Source of the DNA: Rhodospirillales bacterium
GTDB taxonomy: Bacteria > Pseudomonadota > Alphaproteobacteria > Kiloniellales > JACOMY01
DNA: 64,000 nucleotides
Direction: 5' to 3'
Assembly (NCBI GenBank): GCA_038363005.1
Contig: JBBQBI010000009.1
Location: 2,376 to 66,375, forward strand
The position numbers were made by a program, and so were the translations under genes. Positions within the stretch are counted from its first letter, which is position 1. Every line of letters begins with the position of its first letter. Shown here in pieces: positions 15,164-22,056 of the stretch. The notes beneath the pieces were generated by a model. That model searched no databases. It was given only the letters and a program-made list of their open reading frames with translations, and was not told the origin of the DNA.

Positions 15164-16344
15164 TGCGCCGCATCACCCCAGTGCTGCTGTGGCTCACGCT
15201 CGTCGCGCTGCTGGTCGGCGGCAGCCTGCTGGTGCTGGAGGGCTGCGGCATCCGGCTGTTCGGCGGCACGCTGCTGAACTTCTGTCCGGAGGAGGCGGAG
15301 GCCCCCAAGGGCGCGCCACCGGACCTGGCGATCGAGGAAGATCGCAACGATCGCCTGCAGGACGAACTGCACCAGCTGCGCCTGCAGCTGGCCGCGGTCG
15401 ACGACTGTCCGCTCCCGCCGATCCCGCTGCCACCGGAGCCGGTACCGCCGCCCACACCGGCACCTGCACCTGCACCTGCACCTGCACCTGCACCTGCACC
15501 TGCACCTGCACCCGCCCCGGCGCCGACTCCCGCGCCGACACCCGCGCCAGCTCCGGCTCCGGCTCCGGCCCCCGCGCCTGCTCCAGCACCCACCCCGGCG
15601 CCCACTCCCGCGCCCACGCCCGCGCCGACCCCGGCGCCGCAGACCAGCGAGCAGGCCTGCACTGAGCTGCCGCCGAACGAGCGGCCGATCGACCTCTACC
15701 TGCTGGTCGACACCTCGGCGTCCTTCGCCGACGACATGTCGTCGATCCGCGCCACCATCCAGGACCTGATCGCCCGCCAGGCGACCGGCCGCATCAAGGG
15801 CAAGGTGCGTATCGGCCTGGGCACCTTCCAGGACAAGCCGAACGCCCAGGCGCCCAGCAACTACACCTACAAGCACCACACCAACCTGACCGAGGCCTTT
15901 GCCGAGGTGCTGAAGTCGCTGCGCAGCACCGCCACCGATCCGAACTACGACGTCCCGGAAGCGCAGCTCGAGGCCATGCTGGAGGCCGCCGGCCGTGCCG
16001 GGCAGATCGGCTTCAAGCAGGGCGCCGCGCGCTTCCTCGTGGTGGTGACCGACGCCGCCTACCACCAGGCCGGCGACTATCCGGGCCCGGCCGAGGATGG
16101 CCGGCCCGACGGCAACCCGACCAACGAGGATTACCCCTCAGTGGCGCAGGTGCGCGCCATCCTGCAGGCCAATGACATCGTGCCGCTGTTCCTGGTGGCT
16201 GGCGGCGAGGAAGCGACCTATCGCAGCCTGGTCAAGCAGCTCGGGCGCGGCAGCGTCGCCCGGCTGGGGGCCTCCAGCGAGAACCTGCTGCAGGCGCTGG
16301 ACAGCGCGGTCAAGACGGTCTGCGGCGAAGGCATCGTGCAGTAG
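15163..16344 (+). CDS. membrane-anchored integrin-beta-I-like (vWA/MIDAS) domain protein with a (PA/PT)n stalk; tandem paralogue
   Basis: The ATG shares one nt with the upstream TAA (TAATG). It has the same architecture, with GCGIRLFGGTLLNFCPEE, DLYLLVDTSASFADDM (DTSAS, nt 15709-15723), RIGLGTFQDKP, YTYKHHTNLTE, DVPEAQLEAMLEA, RFLVVVTDAAYHQAGDY, DYPSVAQV..LFLV and a VCGEGIVQ end. Confidence 0.8.
   Translation: MRRITPVLLWLTLVALLVGGSLLVLEGCGIRLFGGTLLNFCPEEAEAPKGAPPDLAIEEDRNDRLQDELHQLRLQLAAVDDCPLPPIPLPPEPVPPPTPAPAPAPAPAPAPAPAPAPAPAPTPAPTPAPAPAPAPAPAPAPAPTPAPTPAPTPAPTPAPQTSEQACTELPPNERPIDLYLLVDTSASFADDMSSIRATIQDLIARQATGRIKGKVRIGLGTFQDKPNAQAPSNYTYKHHTNLTEAFAEVLKSLRSTATDPNYDVPEAQLEAMLEAAGRAGQIGFKQGAARFLVVVTDAAYHQAGDYPGPAEDGRPDGNPTNEDYPSVAQVRAILQANDIVPLFLVAGGEEATYRSLVKQLGRGSVARLGASSENLLQALDSAVKTVCGEGIVQ
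15461..15508 (+). repeat. perfect hexanucleotide tract (CACCTG)x8 inside the Pro-Ala/Pro-Thr stalk (about 15418-15650)
   Basis: Eight uninterrupted CACCTG units were read directly. They sit within a stretch of about 230 nt encoding APAPAP...TPAPTPAP. Confidence 0.9.
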
Positions 16345-16345
16345 C

Positions 16346-17926
16346 CTAGGCAGCCAGCAACGCCGCTAGCCGACTGTCGCCGCTCAGCGTCGCCGGGCGC
16401 GGCTGGCCCAGCAGGTCGATGGCGGTGGGCACCACGTCGAAGGCGCTGACCAGGCCGCGGTCACCCGGCGCGATTTCGGCCCCGGCGAACCAGGCGAAGC
16501 CATGGCCACCGGTGTGGCCGCCGGTGCGGCGCAGCGGCATCGGGCCGATGGCGCCCAGCGTCGGGTGGTTAAGGCCGCGCGCCACGCCCCGCCACAGCAC
16601 CACCAGGTCGGCGCCGGTCGGTGCCAGGTCCAGCGGGTCGCTGGCGGCCGGCCGCTCGAAGCGCTCCACCAGCGGCTCGCCGCTCTCCAGGTCGCGGCAG
16701 GCGCCGATCAGGGCTTCCAGGCGATCGAGTTCGGCCTTGTAGTCGGCCAGCGCCACGCGTCCCCGCGCCTCGCGCCCCTGCAGGTTGACGCGCACGCGGC
16801 CATCATAAAAGGCCGGCAGGGCAAAGGCGCGCATGGCCGACCAGAAGGGCTGGTACCAGCGGCCCGGCAGCCAGGCCAGATTGCCCAGCGGCAGCTCCGG
16901 CCGGCCGGCCGCGCGCCGCAGCGCCCGCGCCAGGCGCCACAGCGGGCGCCGCCGCGCGACGAAGCCTTGTCGCAGCAGGCGGCTCCAGTTCTGGTCCAGG
17001 GGCAGCACCGGCAAGCCGCCGGGCGACGCTGTCCAGGCCGGCGGCACCTGCAGCCCGGCCCGGCCGTAGCGGTCGCGATAGAGCAGCTCGGGCAGCAGCA
17101 CCATGCTGGGCAGGTCGCCGTTGTTGGTGCCCATGCCATGCATGTTGAACAGCAGCAGCGTGGCATCGGGACAGGCGGCCGATAGCGTAGCCACCAGGCG
17201 GTCGAGCGCGCGGTAGACCGTCGCCAGGCCCTCAGCCGCCGCCGCCTGCGACGGCAGCGCGTGGGCCGGATGCGTGGGATCGACGCCGTGCCACAGCGCC
17301 TCGATGGCCGAGTGTGGTTCGCCGGCGACCACCAGCCCCAGTTGCCAGTCGGGCAGGCGTTCGGTCAGCAGCCAGCGCGCGATGGCGCTGCGCCGGTCGG
17401 CGGCGTCGGCCAGTCCCTCGCCCATCTGCCGCGCCAGGGCCGGTGCGTGCCAGGCCAGGCCGTAAAGATGCTCCGGCGCCGGGTAGCGGCCGAAGCGGTC
17501 GTGGATCTCGGCCGCCAGGCCGGCCGGACGCTCGTTCGGCGGAACGCCGGGATCGTGCGCCCCCCAGTTCACCATGCCCTGGGTGGACGGCGCGTTGGCT
17601 AGGTCGAAGTAGGGCGGGTCAAACACCACGCTTTTCACGCCAAGGGCGGCGGGAAAAGGCCGCAGGCGCGTGCTGCTCTGCGTGGCGTCATAGCGCTGCG
17701 GGTCGAACTCCACGGCGGTGTAGCGCCTGGCGGCGTCCGGTGTCAGGCCACTGGCGACATGCTCCCAGGCCAGCCCGGTGTAGCGCGCCGGCCCATGTTC
17801 CAGTGCGAAACGCGCGCTGCGCTGGCGGATCGCCGCCAGCGCCGGCAGCGCGCCGGCCCGCAGCAGCGGCTCGGCGACACCAAGGTCCAGGCCGTCGAGG
17901 CCGATCATCAGCAGTCGCCCGGTCAT
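16346..17926 (-). CDS. alkaline-phosphatase-superfamily protein (type I phosphodiesterase/nucleotide pyrophosphatase-like)
   Basis: The N-terminus reads MTGRLLMIGLDGLDLG. Further motifs are RYTGLAWEHVASG and the C-terminal GGHTGGHGF. A GGAGG RBS lies upstream of ATG 17926. I saw no C/S-x-P-x-R sulfatase motif. Confidence 0.7.
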   Translation of the reverse strand: MTGRLLMIGLDGLDLGVAEPLLRAGALPALAAIRQRSARFALEHGPARYTGLAWEHVASGLTPDAARRYTAVEFDPQRYDATQSSTRLRPFPAALGVKSVVFDPPYFDLANAPSTQGMVNWGAHDPGVPPNERPAGLAAEIHDRFGRYPAPEHLYGLAWHAPALARQMGEGLADAADRRSAIARWLLTERLPDWQLGLVVAGEPHSAIEALWHGVDPTHPAHALPSQAAAAEGLATVYRALDRLVATLSAACPDATLLLFNMHGMGTNNGDLPSMVLLPELLYRDRYGRAGLQVPPAWTASPGGLPVLPLDQNWSRLLRQGFVARRRPLWRLARALRRAAGRPELPLGNLAWLPGRWYQPFWSAMRAFALPAFYDGRVRVNLQGREARGRVALADYKAELDRLEALIGACRDLESGEPLVERFERPAASDPLDLAPTGADLVVLWRGVARGLNHPTLGAIGPMPLRRTGGHTGGHGFAWFAGAEIAPGDRGLVSAFDVVPTAIDLLGQPRPATLSGDSRLAALLAA

Positions 17927-18038
17927 ACGCCGCCCCTCCACCGGCACCTTTCTCCGCCTCGACCCGCTTCATGGCAAGGGCTTGCGAGCGGCTGCGCCGG
18001 CCGGCATTAAGAACAGGTCGCGCAGCACCGGAGCCGGC

Positions 18039-18995
18039 ATGGGACCAGTTGTCGTCGCCATCTGCACCTATGATCGCTATCCGCTGCTGCGGCGCGCCCT
18101 GGCCGGCGCGCTGCGGCAACAGGCGCCGGGCCTGGACTGGCGCGTGGTGGTGGTCGACAACTCGCCGGATCAGGCGCAGGCCGCCGCCGAACGCGATCGC
18201 CACGCCGGCACGGGCCGCCTGGACTACCGTCTGGAGCCGCGGTCCGGCATCGCCAACGCGCGCAACGTGGCGCTGGCGGCGGCCCAGGACGCCGGGGCGG
18301 AGATCCTGGTCTTTCTGGACGATGACGCGGTACCGCGCGAGGACTGGCTGGCACGTCTGGTCGGCGCCTTCGACGCGGCGGACATCGCCGCGGTCGGCGG
18401 CAAGGTCGAGCTGGAGTGGAGCACCCCGCGGCCGGCCTGGCTGCACGATCTGGCATTGCCCTATCTGTCGCTGATCGACTGGGGGCCGGAGCGCCGGGCA
18501 CTGAGCGCCCAGGAATGGCTGGCCTGCGCCAACCTGGCCTTTCGCGTAGCGGCCCTGGCGGCAATCGGCGGCTTCGACGTGCTGCTTGGACGCAGCGGCC
18601 CCGGCGCGACCCTGGTCAGCAACGAGGAAAGCCAGGTCCTGCAGCGCTTGCGGCAGGCCGGGCAGCGGCTGCTTTATGAACCCACGGCGGTGGTGTCCCA
18701 CCTGGCCCACCCGGATCGCCTGAGCCAGGTCTGGTTCCGCCGCCGCGCCGCCTGGCAGGCCGTGTCCGACTTTCTGCAGGACCCCGCGGCGGCGACCGCG
18801 CGGCTGGCCGGCGCCTGGCGGGAAATCCGCCACTACACCGGACGGTTGCCCTGGTGGCGCCGCGGTTTCGCTAGCCTGGAGCGCGATGTCGCCGACCCTC
18901 GCCTGTTCATGAAGCAGCTGCACGCGATCTACCTCCTCACCCTGAAACAATTGGCAGGTCTGCCGCGCGAGACCCGCAAGCGCGAGGGTGCTTGA
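18039..18995 (+). CDS. family 2 glycosyltransferase
   Basis: Motifs are VVVAICTYDRYPLLRRAL, VVVVDNSPD, ARNVAL and LVFLDDDAVPREDWL (DxD). Confidence 0.8.
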   Translation: MGPVVVAICTYDRYPLLRRALAGALRQQAPGLDWRVVVVDNSPDQAQAAAERDRHAGTGRLDYRLEPRSGIANARNVALAAAQDAGAEILVFLDDDAVPREDWLARLVGAFDAADIAAVGGKVELEWSTPRPAWLHDLALPYLSLIDWGPERRALSAQEWLACANLAFRVAALAAIGGFDVLLGRSGPGATLVSNEESQVLQRLRQAGQRLLYEPTAVVSHLAHPDRLSQVWFRRRAAWQAVSDFLQDPAAATARLAGAWREIRHYTGRLPWWRRGFASLERDVADPRLFMKQLHAIYLLTLKQLAGLPRETRKREGA

Positions 18996-19095
18996 TCGGC
19001 GCCGGGCAGTGATACTCTAGTATTCAAACCTGCTTCAGGCGTATGAAGCCGCGGCGGCCAGGGCGCCGCGAACATGAACGGCGCGGGGTGAGGGG

Positions 19096-21675
19096 ATGCA
19101 ACGCGGCGGGCTGCAGCTGGAAGACCTGGGACCTGAACCGCAGCGCGGGCTGCGGCGCGGGCTGTGGTGTTTCAGCCTGCTGGTCCTGGCTGCGCTCATC
19201 GCGGTGACCTTCATCGAGCGTGACAACGAGCAGGCCGCCCTGCTGCAGAGCGCGCAGCGCGAAGCCGACAACCTGGCACGCTCCATCGCCCAGCACGGTG
19301 CCCGCACGGTCGGCGAAGGCGATCGCATGCTGCAGGTGCTGATCGACGACATCGCGGCGGACTTTCCCGCCGACCTGCACGACGAGGCCGCGCTGCATGA
19401 CCTGCTGACCCTGCGCCTGGCTACGGCGCCGGAGCTGCGCGCGCTCTCCATCGCCGACAGTTCGGGCTATCTGATCGCCAGCTCGGTGCAGTACCCGATC
19501 GGGCAGATCAGCGTCGCCGACCGCAGCTACTTCAACCAGCATCGCGACGATCCCGATGCCGGCCTGCTGCTGGGCGCACCGATGATCGGGCGACTCTCCG
19601 GACAGCCGTTGATCACGCTGTCGCGCCGCATCGACAACGCCGACGGCAGTTTCCGTGGCGTGCTGCTGGCCGGGCTGGACCCGGCTTACTTCGTGGAATT
19701 CTACCAGGCCATCGACCTGGGGCCGCACAGCCAGATCCTGCTGCTCGGCACCGACGGTCGCCTGCTGGTCTCCAGCCCGCCCAAGGGTTCGCCCGGCCAG
19801 CCCCTGGACTGGCCGTTGCTGCAGCAGCTGCTGGATGGCGGCAATGGTGGCACGATCAGCGGTGCCGGCCTGGATGGGGATGGCGACTACGTCTTCGCTT
19901 TTCGCCGCCTAGCCGATTATCCGCTGATCGCCCTGGTCGGTCTGGATCGCGAAGCACTGCTGTCGGGCTGGGGGCACGGCGAGATCTGGCGGCTGGTGCT
20001 GATCAGCCTGCTGGGCGCAGGCCTGCTGGCGCTGACCGCGGCACTGATCCGTTCAATCGGACAGATCTACGACAGCCGCCGGGTCGCCCACACCCGCGCC
20101 CAGGCGCTGGCGACGGTGATCGATTCCATCGCCGACGGCCTGATGCTGATCGACGCCGACGGCCGCGTCCTGCTGCAGAACCCCAAGGCGGTGGAGGTCT
20201 TCGGCGGGCCGACCTGGCAGATAGGCCACGAGAACCAGCCGACCGGCACCCAGGTGCTGCGAATCAACGGCGTGACGCCGTTGCCCGACAACGAGCGCCC
20301 GCTGGAACGCGCGCTGCGCGGCGAGGCGGTGGAGCAGCAGCTCTATCTGGTGCGGCGTGAAGGTGACCCCACGGTCTCGGCGATCAGCGGCTCCAGCCGC
20401 CCGGTGCGCGACGCCCGCGGCGAGGTGATCGGCGCCGTCGCCCTGCTGCGCGATGTGACGCAGCAGCGCCAACTCGACGAGCGCAACCGCACCACGCAAC
20501 GCCTGGAAGCCCTGGGCCAGCTGACCGGCGGCGTGGCGCATGACTTCAACAACCTGCTGACCGTCATCACCGGCAGCGCCGAGGAGCTGCTGTCGGACAA
20601 GAAGGACGAACCGACGCGCCAGACCCTGGCCCAGATGATCCTGGAGACGGCCGAACGCGCCAGCCGCCTGACGCGGCATCTGTTGGCCTTTGCCCGGCAG
20701 CAGACGCTGGCCCCGCGACCGCTCGACGTGAACGAGCAGCTGGTGGGGCTGGAACGGCTGCTGGCGCGCACCCTGGGCACCACGATCGACATCCGCCTGA
20801 AGCTGCAACCCGACCTCTGGCCGGCGCAGGCCGATGCCAGCCAGCTGGAAACCGCGGTTATCAACCTGGCGGTCAATGCGCGCGATGCCATGCCGGGTGG
20901 CGGCAAGCTGGTGATCAACACCTATCGCACGACGATCCAGCCTGACAGTGCGCGCGCCACTGGCGGGCTCATGGGGGGCGTGCCGCCTGAAGTCAAACCA
21001 GGCGACTATGTCACCATCTGCGTGACCGACGCCGGCCAGGGCATGATGCCCGAGGTGGCGCGCCGTGCTTTCGACCCCTTCTTCACCACCAAGGATGTCG
21101 GCAAGGGTACCGGCCTGGGCCTCTCCATGGTCTATGGCTTCGCCCAGCAGTCCGGCGGTTTCCTGACTCTGGATACGCGTCCCGGGGTGGGCACCACGGT
21201 CTGCCTGCACCTGCCGCGCGCCGCCGGCGCCGGCAAGGCGGCACGCCCAGCCCCGGCGGCCACCGGCCAACTTCCGGCCGGGACCGCGGAACGCATCCTG
21301 CTGGTCGAGGACGATGCCGCCGTGCGCCGCCTGGTCGAGGAGCAGCTGCTGACCCTGGGCTATCGGGTCACCACGGCGTCCGACGGTCGCTCCGCGCTGA
21401 ACGTGCTGGGTGCCGGCCTGCCGCTCGACCTCATGCTGACCGACCTGGTGATGCCCAACGGCATCGACGGCCTGACGCTGTCGCAGGAGGCACGCCGCCT
21501 GCGCCCCGGCCTGAAGATCGTGCTGGCCACCGGCATCGCCGACCACGCCTCGCTCACCGACCGGCGGCCGGACCCCAGCATCCGCATCCTGCCCAAGCCC
21601 TTCCGCGGCCGGCAGCTGGCCCGCCTGCTGCGCGAGCTGCTCGACGAGCCGGCCGGCGAGACTGCGGCCCCATAG
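19096..21675 (+). CDS. hybrid sensor histidine kinase/response regulator (Cache-like sensor, PAS, HisKA, HATPase, REC)
   Basis: It has a TM segment and a Cache-like SVADRSYFNQH region, then a PAS region. The H-box is GGVAHDFNNLL, the N/G boxes are NLAVNARDAM and GTGLGLS, and the C-terminal REC domain reads ILLVEDDAAVR..MLTDLVMP. Confidence 0.9.
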   Translation: MQRGGLQLEDLGPEPQRGLRRGLWCFSLLVLAALIAVTFIERDNEQAALLQSAQREADNLARSIAQHGARTVGEGDRMLQVLIDDIAADFPADLHDEAALHDLLTLRLATAPELRALSIADSSGYLIASSVQYPIGQISVADRSYFNQHRDDPDAGLLLGAPMIGRLSGQPLITLSRRIDNADGSFRGVLLAGLDPAYFVEFYQAIDLGPHSQILLLGTDGRLLVSSPPKGSPGQPLDWPLLQQLLDGGNGGTISGAGLDGDGDYVFAFRRLADYPLIALVGLDREALLSGWGHGEIWRLVLISLLGAGLLALTAALIRSIGQIYDSRRVAHTRAQALATVIDSIADGLMLIDADGRVLLQNPKAVEVFGGPTWQIGHENQPTGTQVLRINGVTPLPDNERPLERALRGEAVEQQLYLVRREGDPTVSAISGSSRPVRDARGEVIGAVALLRDVTQQRQLDERNRTTQRLEALGQLTGGVAHDFNNLLTVITGSAEELLSDKKDEPTRQTLAQMILETAERASRLTRHLLAFARQQTLAPRPLDVNEQLVGLERLLARTLGTTIDIRLKLQPDLWPAQADASQLETAVINLAVNARDAMPGGGKLVINTYRTTIQPDSARATGGLMGGVPPEVKPGDYVTICVTDAGQGMMPEVARRAFDPFFTTKDVGKGTGLGLSMVYGFAQQSGGFLTLDTRPGVGTTVCLHLPRAAGAGKAARPAPAATGQLPAGTAERILLVEDDAAVRRLVEEQLLTLGYRVTTASDGRSALNVLGAGLPLDLMLTDLVMPNGIDGLTLSQEARRLRPGLKIVLATGIADHASLTDRRPDPSIRILPKPFRGRQLARLLRELLDEPAGETAAP

Positions 21676-21738
21676 CTGCGCGCCCTGACGACGGCTGGCG
21701 GCTTGCGTTGGCGCGGCCAGGAACCCACATTCTGCTGC

Positions 21739-22023
21739 ATGACCGCTTCTCCCCGACTGCCCTGGCAGTTCTACCTCCTCGGCGCCCTGGGTCTGGCGCT
21801 GACCATAGGTCTGCTGTTCGTCGCCTTCACCGTGGCGATCGTGCTGCTGCCGCTCGTCCTGGTCGCCGTGCTGTGGCAGCGCTGGCGCTGGCAGCAGCGC
21901 CTGCGCGCCGCCATGGCCCAGGCGCCGCGGGCCCAGGCGCCGGGGGCACGGCCGGCCGACGGCAAGCCGGTGATCGAGGGCGACTACGTCGTGGTCGACG
22001 AGACGCGCCCGGATCCCCGCTGA
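21739..22023 (+). CDS. small hypothetical membrane protein
   Basis: GC3 is high. A single long hydrophobic stretch YLLGALGLALTIGLLFVAFTVAIVLLPLVLVAVLW is followed by an R/Q-rich tail. I recognise no family. Confidence 0.4.
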   Translation: MTASPRLPWQFYLLGALGLALTIGLLFVAFTVAIVLLPLVLVAVLWQRWRWQQRLRAAMAQAPRAQAPGARPADGKPVIEGDYVVVDETRPDPR

Positions 22024-22056
22024 CCCCCTGGCCCAGCCGGTCGCGACCGGCCTAGC

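Noticed and set aside
15418-15650. Short direct repeats considered as a CRISPR array or non-coding minisatellite
   Set aside because: The units are 6 nt with no spacers, lie in frame inside a high-GC3 ORF and encode a Pro-Ala/Pro-Thr linker. There are no cas genes in the window.
10096-17926. FGE-domain protein plus a nearby alkaline-phosphatase-superfamily protein as a sulfatase and maturase pair
   Set aside because: The FGE-domain protein lacks the catalytic Cys pair. The AP-superfamily protein has no C/S-x-P-x-R motif and no signal peptide, and is on the opposite strand in a different transcription unit.
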